Positions 23,555-33,516 of a DNA stretch of 64,000 nt are shown here, one piece after another. The notes beneath the pieces were generated by a model. That model made no database searches, had not been told where the DNA came from, and saw only the letters and a list, made by a program, of their open reading frames with translations. Made by a program: the position numbers and the translations under genes. Source of the stretch: Chitinophaga pinensis (GTDB lineage Bacteria; Bacteroidota; Bacteroidia; NS11-12g; UBA955); the NCBI GenBank assembly GCA_945860565.1, contig CAMAQS010000002.1, positions 1,951-65,950 of the forward strand, in the 5' to 3' direction. Positions within the stretch are counted from its first letter, which is position 1. Each line of letters begins with the position of its first letter.

Positions 23555-26500
23555 ATGAACATGAAAAGAACCGGACTTATATTGCTAGGATTAAGCATTG
23601 TCCAAATCGCTTTTTCTCGCCCAGTTGAAAATATCAAAGGGGTAGGAAAGAAAATTATTACAAAAAGAGCGGGTGCTTTCGCAAATACTTGTGATCCAGC
23701 TTCAGCTTCTGTGGATTTGGACATCAACAACGTGCGCACCAAGTTGCTCAATGGGGGTGATATGTGGTGGGATTTGAACAATCCCAAATACGAAATACCC
23801 AAGATTAGTGATCCAAATGCAGTAAGAAAACATTCTCTGTTTGCTGGAGCTATTTGGATTGGCGGAAAAGACAATGGAGGGAATCTTAAATTGGCTGCCA
23901 TGACATACCGACAGTTTGGATCTGATTTTTGGCCTGGGCCTTTGGACACAACCACTGCGGCAACAGATCCTTTGCGTTGTAAATCTTATGACCGCATGTG
24001 GAAGGTTACACGCGATGAATTGGAAGAGTTTGAAAATTCAAAATATTTAACACAAAGTGCGGGTATTCGAGATTGGCCAGGTGGAACAGACCGTGCTGTT
24101 AAAATTGGTGCAGAAGCGGCTTATTTGGCTCCCTATAAGGAAGTTGTTCAAGACATGGTTTACAATCCTTTTGATGGAGAACATCCTGTTCTAGATGAAC
24201 GCAGACCCAATGCAGACAATGGCGTGGATAAACAACCCGACATGTTTATTTGGTGGGTTTATAATGATAAGGGAAATATTCATACTGAATCAACTGGTCA
24301 ACCCATTGGTGTGGAATGTCAAACCACAGCATTTGCGTTTGCTACAAATGATGAGGTGAACAATATGACCTTTTATTCTACCAAAATTATCAACCGTGGT
24401 TTTACCACCTTGAACGATTGTTATATGGGACAGTGGGTAGATGCCGATTTAGGTAACTATGCCGATGATTACGTGGGATGTGATGTGGGTAGAAGTTTGG
24501 GTTTCTGTTACAATGGCGACGACGACGACGAAGGAGTATTAGGTTATGGATTGAATCCACCAACAATTGGTGTGGATTATTTTGAAGGTCCTACAGATAC
24601 TGCGGGCAATCAAATGGGATTGAGTCACTTTATGTATTACAATAACAACTCTGATCCTATTCAAGGGAATCCAGATAGAGCCAATCCAAATAGCTTTTAT
24701 AACTTCTTAAGAGGTAAATGGAAAGGTGGTCAGAATGTAACATGGGGCGGAAACGGTTTTGGTGGTGCACGTACAACCAACTATATGTTCCCCGGTTGCA
24801 CAGATCCGGCTTTTGCAGGTGAATGCTGGGATGAAAAATCTGCAGGAAATCCGCCTGCCGATAGACGTTTCATACAATCAACAGGTCCTTTTGTTTTAAA
24901 ACCGGGACAAATCCAACGCATCACTGTTGGGGTAGTTTGGGCTAAAACAACCTCGGGTGGTGCACAGGGGTCTTTGAATTTATTGAAATTGGCTTCAGAT
25001 AAGGCACAAACCTTGTTTAACAACAATTTTAAAATATTGGATGGACCAGATGCACCAGATATCGAGATTCAAGAATTGAACCAAGAATTGGTATTGAAAT
25101 TTTTGAATACCAATTCAACCAAAGTAGAAAATTATACCGAAAAATATAAAGATGCGAACAACCGTGAGTTGACGTATAAGTTTGAGGGTTATGTCGTGTA
25201 CCAATTGAAAGATGGAACAGTGAATACAGGTGATTTGGATAATATAGATAAAGCACGTTTGTTGTTCCAATGTGACGTTGAAAATAAGCGTGGACAAATC
25301 ATCAATCGTGTTTTTGATCCTAAACTGTCTCAACTTATTCCAGTTGAAAAGGTGGATGGAGCAGACAATGGAATTCAACATACGTTTAGCATCAAAAATG
25401 ATTTGTTTGCTACTTCTTCTAATACTTCGCTCATAGATTTTAAAAATTATTATTATATGGTTTTGAGTTATGCCATTTTATCGGATGATTCATTGCAAAC
25501 AGATCCAAATCAGTTTTTGGCTGGTAGAAGAAATATAGGTGTTTACAGAGCCACTCCACACAAAACGGAACCTGAAAACTTTGGTACGGAATTACAATCG
25601 GTGTATGGAAGCGGTCCAAGTTTAACCCGTATTTCTGGTAGAGGAAATGGCGGGATGTCCTTGGAATTTACAGAAGAAACAGTGAAAGAAATCCTTTCAA
25701 ACAATGTGGTTCTATTTCCTAAATATATTAACGGTGCTGGTCCAGTTAAAATAAAAGTGGTGGACCCATTGAAAGTGCCAAAAGCCAAATTTGAATTTTT
25801 CGTAAAAGAGAGAACGGCATCAAATTTCACAGCCTTAAGGGATTCAATGACATCAAATGCGGATTGGATTTTAGTTAAAAAAGGCGAAAATGGCAATGAT
25901 ACTATATTCTCAGATACCACATTGAAGCAACGTTTTGAAAGCGTACAAGGAAGGAGAAGTCTATATAATGCTACGAAAGAAACATTGGCCGATTGGGGAT
26001 TAAGTATTGAGGTAAATCAAGTATTTAATCCTGGTGAAAATGCCGCTGCAGACCCTTCAAATGGTGTGCTTGACTGGAATGTAGAATGGGAGGACAATGG
26101 CAGACAATGGTTAACTGCAGTTGTAGACAATGATGCTCAAAGTACTGCAACATCGGGTAGTATTTGGTTAAATTGGATTCGTGCTGGAAATAATGGTAGA
26201 GGTGTTAGCCCATTGGATGGTTATATTCATGACTTTTTCCAAAGCGACGGAACAACGCCATTGGATCCAGGTCAGGCATTTGAACGTATTTGGAATGGTC
26301 GAATTGCGCCTTACGGATTAACCGCTCGTGAAAAATACAGTTCAGTAGCTGGCAGAAACACATTTGGTTTTGCATGGTCAGGCAATACGTCTTGGTTGCA
26401 GAATCCTTTGGCTGAAATCCACTCTTTTGAATTGGTTATTACCAAGGATAAATCAAAATGGACCCGTTGTCCTGTTCTTGAAATGGGTGATGATGAAGTG

Positions 26501-27484
26501 AAAAACTCTACTGAAGGCCAAATGGCTAAATTCAATATGCGTTTGGCTACCTCAAAAGATAAAGATGGAAACGACATTCCTGGCAGCCAAGGTTTGAGCT
26601 ATTTCCCCGGTTATGTTATCAATTTGGAAACCGGTGAACGCATGAACATTGCATTTAGTGAAGACAGTTATTTGGGTGGCGAAAATGGTCGTGATATGAT
26701 TTGGAATCCAACAGATGTAGTTATCAACGACAATGGAAATTATCCAGCCATAGGTGGAAAACACTTCTTATATATTTTTGGAAGTGGTAAAGGTGGTATA
26801 ACCCGCAACATACAAGGGGAAAGATATATGGGCGAAAGCGAAGCTAGTTTTGATAGATTCAAAAAAGGATTGCAATCAACCACTCCAGGTGGGGCACCTG
26901 CGAATCTTGAAAAAATTAGAATGATGTCTCAAGTAACATGGGTTATACCAACCTACTTGGCTTCTGGTTATTCCATGAAAAATGGTATTCCTCCAACAGA
27001 TGTTAAAATCAAAGTACGTGTGCGTAAAGCCTATACAAACTTTGAAACAGGTGATGACAGAAATGCCGTTAAAGATGGAAGTGGAAATGTTCGCTATAGT
27101 TTGCCAATGTATGAGTTTGACGGAGCGGAAATTGCACCAAAAATTGGAAATGACATTGAAACCAAAAACTTGGATCTGGTGAATGTTGTTCCCAATCCTT
27201 ATCGTGGGTACAGTAAATACGAAAATAGCCCTATCGATTCTAGGGTGAAAATCACCAACCTACCACCAGATTGTACCATTACAATCTTTGATATGGCTGG
27301 TAACCTTATTCGTAAGATCAATAAATCGGATGAGTTCACTTATTATGAGTGGGATTTGAAGAATAACAGCAACGTTCCAATTGCGAGTGGTTTGTATTTG
27401 ATACACGTTAAAGCACCAAATTTGGGAGAAAAAGTTGTTCGTTGGTACGGTATTATGCACGCAGTAGATTTAGACACCTATTAA
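23555..27484 (+). CDS. Large (1309 aa) secreted protein with T9SS type A C-terminal sorting domain; PorU-like role possible by synteny but catalytic motif not seen
   Basis: Signal peptide. The C-terminal 90 aa (VVPNPYRGY...ITIFDMAGNLIRKI...SGLYLIHVKAPNLGEKV) fit the Por_Secre_tail pattern. Lies 17 nt after the upstream gene and 4 nt before the PorV-like gene. Confidence 0.5.
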   Translation: MNMKRTGLILLGLSIVQIAFSRPVENIKGVGKKIITKRAGAFANTCDPASASVDLDINNVRTKLLNGGDMWWDLNNPKYEIPKISDPNAVRKHSLFAGAIWIGGKDNGGNLKLAAMTYRQFGSDFWPGPLDTTTAATDPLRCKSYDRMWKVTRDELEEFENSKYLTQSAGIRDWPGGTDRAVKIGAEAAYLAPYKEVVQDMVYNPFDGEHPVLDERRPNADNGVDKQPDMFIWWVYNDKGNIHTESTGQPIGVECQTTAFAFATNDEVNNMTFYSTKIINRGFTTLNDCYMGQWVDADLGNYADDYVGCDVGRSLGFCYNGDDDDEGVLGYGLNPPTIGVDYFEGPTDTAGNQMGLSHFMYYNNNSDPIQGNPDRANPNSFYNFLRGKWKGGQNVTWGGNGFGGARTTNYMFPGCTDPAFAGECWDEKSAGNPPADRRFIQSTGPFVLKPGQIQRITVGVVWAKTTSGGAQGSLNLLKLASDKAQTLFNNNFKILDGPDAPDIEIQELNQELVLKFLNTNSTKVENYTEKYKDANNRELTYKFEGYVVYQLKDGTVNTGDLDNIDKARLLFQCDVENKRGQIINRVFDPKLSQLIPVEKVDGADNGIQHTFSIKNDLFATSSNTSLIDFKNYYYMVLSYAILSDDSLQTDPNQFLAGRRNIGVYRATPHKTEPENFGTELQSVYGSGPSLTRISGRGNGGMSLEFTEETVKEILSNNVVLFPKYINGAGPVKIKVVDPLKVPKAKFEFFVKERTASNFTALRDSMTSNADWILVKKGENGNDTIFSDTTLKQRFESVQGRRSLYNATKETLADWGLSIEVNQVFNPGENAAADPSNGVLDWNVEWEDNGRQWLTAVVDNDAQSTATSGSIWLNWIRAGNNGRGVSPLDGYIHDFFQSDGTTPLDPGQAFERIWNGRIAPYGLTAREKYSSVAGRNTFGFAWSGNTSWLQNPLAEIHSFELVITKDKSKWTRCPVLEMGDDEVKNSTEGQMAKFNMRLATSKDKDGNDIPGSQGLSYFPGYVINLETGERMNIAFSEDSYLGGENGRDMIWNPTDVVINDNGNYPAIGGKHFLYIFGSGKGGITRNIQGERYMGESEASFDRFKKGLQSTTPGGAPANLEKIRMMSQVTWVIPTYLASGYSMKNGIPPTDVKIKVRVRKAYTNFETGDDRNAVKDGSGNVRYSLPMYEFDGAEIAPKIGNDIETKNLDLVNVVPNPYRGYSKYENSPIDSRVKITNLPPDCTITIFDMAGNLIRKINKSDEFTYYEWDLKNNSNVPIASGLYLIHVKAPNLGEKVVRWYGIMHAVDLDTY

Positions 27485-27488
27485 TTTT

Positions 27489-28607
27489 ATGCTGATGAAA
27501 AAAGTTTTTAAAAATATAAAAATTGCAAGCTTGGGTTTATTGCTTCTAGGCACGAACATGGCTTATGCTGGAAACCCTGAAAGACAAGGTCAAGCAGGGG
27601 TGGCTCAATTGACCATAAATGGTTGGGGTCGTTCAAGTGGATTTGGTTGGGCAAGTGGAGGTAGAGTTACAGGTGCCGAAGCAATGTTTATGAATGTTGG
27701 TGGATTAGACCGCATGGAAAATAAGACTGAACTAGTTTTTGCCCGTACAGAATGGTTAATGGGTTCTGGAATTGGAATCAACAATTTGGGTTTCGGAATA
27801 AAAATGGGTGAAGATGGTTCCGCTGGTACCTTGGGTGTGCAAGTAATGCAATTTGGTATTGATCCAATTGAAATTACTACTGAAGAGAATCCTTACGGTG
27901 GTATTGGAACTTATAGAGTTAACATGACCAACATCGGCGTTTCTTACAGTAAGAGTTTCAGTAATAGCATTTCTGCAGGTGTAACTGCCCGCTTGGTTTC
28001 AGAAGGCATTCCGGATGCAAGTACTTCAGGTTTTGCGCTTGATGCCGGGGTTCAATACACCACTACATTGTTGCCAACTGCCAATAAATTGAAAAGAAAT
28101 GACTTTAAGTTTGGAATTTCAATGAAAAATATTGGTCCAGATTTGTCCTATTCTGGCGATGGCTTAAGTTATAAAGCCTTAATTCAGAATGGTACTTATG
28201 AGAAAACGATTCAAGTAAAAACAGACGTAGTTAAGTTGCCCGCATTGTTAAATATTGCCGCTTCTTATGATTTTAGATTGGATTCTGATCCCAACCAGTA
28301 CGACAATAAATTGACGGTAGGTTTTGGTTTTACGAACCATTCTTTTAGCGCAAACCAAACGACACTCTCAGTGGAATACGATTATAAGAAAATGTTGAGT
28401 ATACGCGGTGGTTACTGTTATCAAGATGGAATCCTTTCAGAAGACACAAGAACATCAGCGTTTACTGGGCCTTTCGCTGGAATTAGTTACGACTGGCACG
28501 TGAATGATGAGAATTTAGTGTCGTTGGATTATAGCTACAGAGCGACAAATCCATTTAATGGAGTTCATTCTTTTGGGATTCGTATCGGATTAGGTAAAGC
28601 AGAATAA
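27489..28607 (+). CDS. porV: FadL-family outer-membrane beta-barrel, PorV (LptO)-like T9SS shuttle protein candidate
   Basis: Signal peptide. N-terminal AGNPERQGQAGVAQLTINGWGRSSGFGWASGG...AMFMNVGGL matches the FadL/PorV N-terminal hatch pattern. Glycine-rich amphipathic strands; about 372 aa. Confidence 0.5.
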   Translation: MLMKKVFKNIKIASLGLLLLGTNMAYAGNPERQGQAGVAQLTINGWGRSSGFGWASGGRVTGAEAMFMNVGGLDRMENKTELVFARTEWLMGSGIGINNLGFGIKMGEDGSAGTLGVQVMQFGIDPIEITTEENPYGGIGTYRVNMTNIGVSYSKSFSNSISAGVTARLVSEGIPDASTSGFALDAGVQYTTTLLPTANKLKRNDFKFGISMKNIGPDLSYSGDGLSYKALIQNGTYEKTIQVKTDVVKLPALLNIAASYDFRLDSDPNQYDNKLTVGFGFTNHSFSANQTTLSVEYDYKKMLSIRGGYCYQDGILSEDTRTSAFTGPFAGISYDWHVNDENLVSLDYSYRATNPFNGVHSFGIRIGLGKAE

Positions 28608-28631
28608 GAATTTTATTATATTTGTAAATTG

Positions 28632-28668
28632 GTTGCATCAATACTTCAATTGGTGCAACTTTTTTTTT
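28632..28668 (+). terminator. Rho-independent terminator after the PorV-like gene
   Basis: An 11-bp stem with one mismatch (gttgcatcaat/attggtgcaac), followed by T9. Confidence 0.45.
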
Positions 28669-28703
28669 AACATTTTAACCATTTAAACAGGAAGGAAAAT
28701 TTT

Positions 28704-29177
28704 ATGAGTGATTTACAGTATTTTACTCAAGAAGGCTTAGATGCCATCAAAGCAGAGCTAAGTGAATTGAAACACATAGAGAGACCAAAAATCATTCAAG
28801 CCATTGCAGAAGCAAGGGACAAAGGGGATTTAAGCGAAAATGCAGAATATGATGCTGCCAAAGAAGCCCAAGGTCATTTGGAAGACAAAATTGCACAGAT
28901 AGAAAATCTAATAGCAAATTCTAGAGTGATTGACAGCTCTATGCTAAACACCGAAAAAGTGTGTATTTTATGTAAAGTAAAAGTTCAAAATCACAACGTT
29001 GGTAAGGAAGCAGTGTATCAGTTGGTATCAGAAAAAGAAGCCAATATCAAGGAAAATAGGATTTCAGTTAAAAGTGCCATAGGCAGCGGCTTACTTGGAA
29101 AAGCCAAAGGCGATGTGGTAGAAATTCAAGTGCCCGCTGGTATTGTTAAATTAGAAGTTTTAGATATTTTTATATAA
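28704..29177 (+). CDS. greA: Transcription elongation factor GreA
   Basis: The coiled-coil N-terminus LTQEGLDAIKAELSELK...DLSENAEYDAAKEAQ and the C-terminal FKBP-like domain. Confidence 0.9.
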   Translation: MSDLQYFTQEGLDAIKAELSELKHIERPKIIQAIAEARDKGDLSENAEYDAAKEAQGHLEDKIAQIENLIANSRVIDSSMLNTEKVCILCKVKVQNHNVGKEAVYQLVSEKEANIKENRISVKSAIGSGLLGKAKGDVVEIQVPAGIVKLEVLDIFI

Positions 29178-29181
29178 TCTT

Positions 29182-29577
29182 ATGGCTACCATCTTCACTA
29201 AAATTATCAATGGCGAAATTCCTTGTCATAAAATTTTCGAAGATGAAAATCATTTGGCATTTTTAGATATTCAACCCCTCGCTATGGGACATGTGTTGTG
29301 CATACCTAAGCGGGAGGTTGATTATATTTTTGATTTAAGCCCCAAAGAAACGGCTGAATTATGGCAATTTACTCAGCCCATTGCCAAGGCCATTCAAGCC
29401 GCCATCCTTTGTAAAAAAGTAGGAATTGCCGTAATTGGTCTTGAAGTTCCACACGCGCATATACACTTGGTCCCTTTGCAAAATGTCGGAGATATTAACT
29501 TCTCCAAAGCAAAGTTGACCCCAACAACTGAAGAATTAACCGAAGTAGCCGAGAAAATCCGAAACGCCCTTCTTTAA
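29182..29577 (+). CDS. HIT-family (histidine triad) hydrolase
   Basis: GHVLCIPKREV and the HxHxH-like HAHIHLVP motif. Confidence 0.85.
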   Translation: MATIFTKIINGEIPCHKIFEDENHLAFLDIQPLAMGHVLCIPKREVDYIFDLSPKETAELWQFTQPIAKAIQAAILCKKVGIAVIGLEVPHAHIHLVPLQNVGDINFSKAKLTPTTEELTEVAEKIRNALL

Positions 29578-29709
29578 AGCCGGTTGATTCGTTAGGTCTT
29601 CTTTACGAGACCCCAAAACTCGAAGAAATAAGCACTTTAATAAAGAAAGCATATCTCATTGATATGGTGACCGAATTGAATTGTGTGAAACTCCTGATTC
29701 CAAAGTGAT

Positions 29710-30561
29710 TTGTTTAGTATTAGATTTTCTAGTGCATATTCTGGGTTATACAACCTTGTTTCCCTTATTTTTGCTATTATGTATCCTGAATTGATAAATA
29801 TTGGGGGCTTTTCTATATACAGTTACGGATTCTGCATCATGTTTGGTGTGTTTTTAGGGTTCTTGTATTTGTATAGGCATAGGGCAAAGTTCATTCCGAA
29901 TTCTGATAAAATCAGTGGATTAATGTTGCTTTGTTTTGTTAGTGTTTTTGTGGGTGGTAAAGTCTTTTATTTTCTTGAAAGACCTGGGTATTACATTGAG
30001 AATCCATCGTCTTTTTTTGAAAACATCGGACAGGGTTTTGTGTTTTATGGGTCCTTTTTATTTACCATTCCCGCTTTAATTTGGTGGTTGCGGAAGAATA
30101 AATATCCACTTTTGTATTCCTTTGATTTTATAGGTATTGCAGGAGCATTGGTGCATGGTTTTGGTAAGATAGGCTGTTTTCTAGCTGGATGTTGCCACGG
30201 TAAAGTATGTTCTCCAAAATGGGGTGTTGTTTTCAATCATCCAAAAACAGTTGCGAATCCAACTGGCGTGCCACTTTATCCAGTTCAATTGTGGGATGCC
30301 TTAATGATATTGAGCATAGTACTCATCATGATTTTTTACCGCAGTAGAAAGAAGTTTGATGGCGAGTTATTCTTGATTTATACATTGTTATATGCAATTG
30401 GTCGTTTTGTGACTGAAAATTATCGTGGAGATGATGCAAGGGGTTTTCTATTCAATGGGGCAATAACACATAGCCAACTCATTGCACTCTTACTTATTAT
30501 TGCCGCGGGTATTTTGTATGTTTTGGGATGGAAATCTAAAAGAAAGGTTGTATTTCCTTGA
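29710..30561 (+). CDS. lgt: Prolipoprotein diacylglyceryl transferase
   Basis: Polytopic; HGFGKIGCFLAGCCHGK matches the Lgt signature region. Confidence 0.75.
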   Translation: MFSIRFSSAYSGLYNLVSLIFAIMYPELINIGGFSIYSYGFCIMFGVFLGFLYLYRHRAKFIPNSDKISGLMLLCFVSVFVGGKVFYFLERPGYYIENPSSFFENIGQGFVFYGSFLFTIPALIWWLRKNKYPLLYSFDFIGIAGALVHGFGKIGCFLAGCCHGKVCSPKWGVVFNHPKTVANPTGVPLYPVQLWDALMILSIVLIMIFYRSRKKFDGELFLIYTLLYAIGRFVTENYRGDDARGFLFNGAITHSQLIALLLIIAAGILYVLGWKSKRKVVFP

Positions 30562-31664
30562 AATTTTCAGACATTGTAGGACAAGAATTGTTAAAACATC
30601 GCTTGGCAAATGGTGTTTTGTCGGGTAGAATTCCACATGCTCAGTTGTTTATTGGACAGTTGGGTTTTGGGGGATTGGCTTTGGCTTTGGCCTATGCTCA
30701 ATTTGCGAATTGTACAAATAAAATGGGTGAAGAATGTTGCGGAGAATGCAATTCTTGCAGAAAGATGCAAACATTTACTCACCCCGATTTGCATTTTGTG
30801 TTCCCATTTCCGGCAGATAAATCTAAATTGTCGACGGATTTAATGGAACCATGGCGAAAAGCATTAAATCATAATCCTTATATGACTTACAGTGATTGGA
30901 TGCGTGCGTTAGATGCAGAGAAGAAACAGGGTAATATTCCCATCTCTGAAGTGAGGGACATTTTTAGACGCTTGTCTTTAAAATCTTTTGAGGCAGAGTA
31001 TAAAATAATGGTATTGTGGTTGCCCGAGTACTTAGGACAAAGTGGAAATGCGTTGTTAAAATTAATTGAAGAACCACCAGAGAAGACTTTGTTTTTGTTG
31101 GTTTGTGAAAATGTTGAGCGCGTTCTGGCCACCATAATTTCGCGTACACAACCGGTGCGCATTCCCCCAATAGGAACAACTGAACTCACACACTATTTAA
31201 CTGAAATAATGCAGGTAGCGCCCAATGATGCACAGCGCATTTCAGTTATGTCGCATGGTAGTTTTCGTTTGGCCCAAGAATTATTAACCGAAGCTGAAAG
31301 TCCATACTTTGAGCAATGGCGCAATTGGATGGCATTGTGTTATACGCGCAAAATTGGGGAAGCCACAGTCTGGGCCGACAATATGGCAGCAAATGGGAAA
31401 GAAATGTTAAAAGGATTCTTTTTATATGGTTTGGAAATTTTGAGAGGGGTTTTAGTGAGCGGATATGTTGCTGAATTAAACACCTGGACAGGCAAAGAGA
31501 AAGAGTTTATTGAGCGTTTTAGCCAGTTGGAAATACCCTCTGAGAACATTGAAAAAATGGTAACCGCCATTGAAACATCGCTCATGCATATAGAGCGAAA
31601 TGCAAATGTTAAAGTGGTTCTGACGGATTTGTCATTTGTGATGACAAGAAATTTAAAAAAATAG
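30558..31664 (+). CDS. holB: DNA polymerase III delta' subunit (clamp-loader AAA+ protein)
   Basis: HAQLFIGQLGFGG, the Zn-module CGECNSCRKMQTFTHPD, and a SRT-like ISRTQPV motif. Confidence 0.75.
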   Translation: MKFSDIVGQELLKHRLANGVLSGRIPHAQLFIGQLGFGGLALALAYAQFANCTNKMGEECCGECNSCRKMQTFTHPDLHFVFPFPADKSKLSTDLMEPWRKALNHNPYMTYSDWMRALDAEKKQGNIPISEVRDIFRRLSLKSFEAEYKIMVLWLPEYLGQSGNALLKLIEEPPEKTLFLLVCENVERVLATIISRTQPVRIPPIGTTELTHYLTEIMQVAPNDAQRISVMSHGSFRLAQELLTEAESPYFEQWRNWMALCYTRKIGEATVWADNMAANGKEMLKGFFLYGLEILRGVLVSGYVAELNTWTGKEKEFIERFSQLEIPSENIEKMVTAIETSLMHIERNANVKVVLTDLSFVMTRNLKK

Positions 31665-31732
31665 TATTTTGTTGGGCAACCATTTTAAACCAAAAACAAT
31701 CTTGCTATAAATCCGCGAGATGGAATTACAGA

Positions 31733-32272
31733 ATGGCAATAGAAAACCATACCAACGAGAGGGAACTTGTAGAGAATTGCGTAAAAGGAGTGAAGTCCGC
31801 ACAAGAAGCATTTTACCTACAGTTTTCTGGTGTTTTGTTTGCAATCTGTCTTCGATATTCAACGGACAATGAAATGGCCCAAGATATGTTTCAAGATTCA
31901 ATGATAAAAATATTCCAAAAGCTTCGAGATTTTCGATTTGAAGGTTCTTTGGAAGGTTGGCTTAAAAGAGTCTGTGTAAACCATTGTTTGGATTCTCTTA
32001 AACGGAGTAAAGCAAAATTTAATGAATCTATCGATGAAGCCCATTCGAATATAGAGTCTGAATTCAAAACCGATTCACAGATTCAAATGAATCAACTAAT
32101 GGACTTGCTTCAAAGATTGCCTGTCGGATACAGAACAGTATTCAACCTCTACGCCATTGAAGGATACACGCACAATGAAATAGGAGTTTTATTGGGGATA
32201 TCTGAAAGTACAAGTAAAACGCAGCTTTTTAAAGCAAGAAAATGGTTACAACAATATTTAAATCATGGGTAA
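31733..32272 (+). CDS. ECF-type RNA polymerase sigma-70 factor
   Basis: Region 2 (FQDSMIKIFQKL...WLKRVCVNHCLDSLKR) and region 4 HTH (YTHNEIGVLLGISESTSKTQLFKARKWL). Confidence 0.8.
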   Translation: MAIENHTNERELVENCVKGVKSAQEAFYLQFSGVLFAICLRYSTDNEMAQDMFQDSMIKIFQKLRDFRFEGSLEGWLKRVCVNHCLDSLKRSKAKFNESIDEAHSNIESEFKTDSQIQMNQLMDLLQRLPVGYRTVFNLYAIEGYTHNEIGVLLGISESTSKTQLFKARKWLQQYLNHG

Positions 32273-33380
32273 TCCAAATGAATCAAATATAGACAACTTG
32301 TTCAGAAATGAATTGGGTAAGGCATCGGTGCAACCCCCAGCTCAACTATGGGCAAATGTTTCCAGTCAAGTTGGGACCCATTCTGCTGCTGCACAAACTG
32401 TTGCAGTGAAAGCTACTGTTAGTTCAGTTAAAATATTGTCTTGGATAGCCGCTTCGGTCGTTTCCATAGCTGCAGGAGTTGTAGTTTACAATCATTTGGG
32501 AGAAAAAAACATCCCCCAAAAAACAAAAGAAACGACTCTTTCTAACCCAAGTCAGAATATTTCAGAAAAAGCACAGTTGACATCCCCCAAAACTGAAAAA
32601 GCCGAAGGAATAAAGTTTGCTAAACCAGCACCACCGCTGCCTGATTTTTCAAGAAGTGTGTTTTTCAGAAGTTTGCCGAATGACAATGTTGAATCTCAAG
32701 GACAAATGGGTAAAGTTTTATCAGACGAATACGTAAAAGTTAATACTGAAAATCAAGGAGTAAATAACCAGATTAAGGATAACGAAGTCTCCCCAATATT
32801 TGCGAATTCTGCGAAAAATAATTCGATAAAATGCCGCGGTTATTACGAAAAAACAATAACCCAACCTGCAGAAAATGCAGTTGAAATTGGAATAAGCGGC
32901 TTAAAAGGAGAATACACTGTAGACTTCGGAAATGGTAAAACTATGAAGAGTTCGGGTGAAATGTTAACCTTTAAGTGTGAGTATTATGTAAGATCTGCGC
33001 AATATTTCAATGTGAAAATTGGAGCAAAAATGGATGGGCTTTGCAATGATTCCCAAATGGTGAAGGTTTTTGTTCGCCCTAATGAAGATGAAAGTCAAAC
33101 CTTAATTCCCACAGTCTTTACTCCAAATGGAGACGGCAAGAACGATTCATTTTTTGTTCGGATTATACGTCCAGAGAAATTCGAACTGGTTGTGATTGAT
33201 TTAAAGGGTTCTATTGTTTTTAAAACCAATGAATTAAATCACAAGTGGGACGGTAAATACCAAGGGGTAATGTGTAAGGAGGGTGTGTACAGTGCAATTA
33301 TTCGAAGCCAGTATTCAGGAGAAAATAAAGAAAATATTCAAAGAGTTAAAGTGAATTTAATGTATAATAACAACGATTAA
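32265..33380 (+). CDS. Bitopic anti-sigma-like membrane protein with extracytoplasmic PKD-like + CHU_C (T9SS type B C-terminal) domains
   Basis: The start overlaps the sigma gene stop by 8 nt. A roughly 55-aa hydrophilic N-terminus, then one transmembrane helix (ILSWIAASVVSIAAGVVVY). A PKD-like YTVDFGNGKT. The C-terminal LIPTVFTPNGDGKNDSFFV...GVYSAII... is a CHU_C/gliding-associated CTD. Confidence 0.5.
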   Translation: MGNPNESNIDNLFRNELGKASVQPPAQLWANVSSQVGTHSAAAQTVAVKATVSSVKILSWIAASVVSIAAGVVVYNHLGEKNIPQKTKETTLSNPSQNISEKAQLTSPKTEKAEGIKFAKPAPPLPDFSRSVFFRSLPNDNVESQGQMGKVLSDEYVKVNTENQGVNNQIKDNEVSPIFANSAKNNSIKCRGYYEKTITQPAENAVEIGISGLKGEYTVDFGNGKTMKSSGEMLTFKCEYYVRSAQYFNVKIGAKMDGLCNDSQMVKVFVRPNEDESQTLIPTVFTPNGDGKNDSFFVRIIRPEKFELVVIDLKGSIVFKTNELNHKWDGKYQGVMCKEGVYSAIIRSQYSGENKENIQRVKVNLMYNNND

Positions 33381-33516
33381 CTTAAGCAAAATAGTAAGAA
33401 AAGAAATTAAAATTATGAAACAGTTAGATAAATATCAAAAAATCCTCAGGCCAAATGCTTTGGCTTTATGGAGTAAATCGCCTATTTTTGAAATTTTACA
33501 ACCCAAATTAGAAAAT

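Noticed and set aside
23555-27484. Firm annotation of the 1309-aa protein as T9SS sortase PorU
   Set aside because: The position upstream of a PorV-like gene and the retained CTD-like tail fit PorU. However, I could not find a clan-CD His-Gly / Ala-Cys catalytic signature by eye, and gldJ is not adjacent. I kept it as a CTD-bearing secreted protein with a PorU-like role only as a hypothesis.
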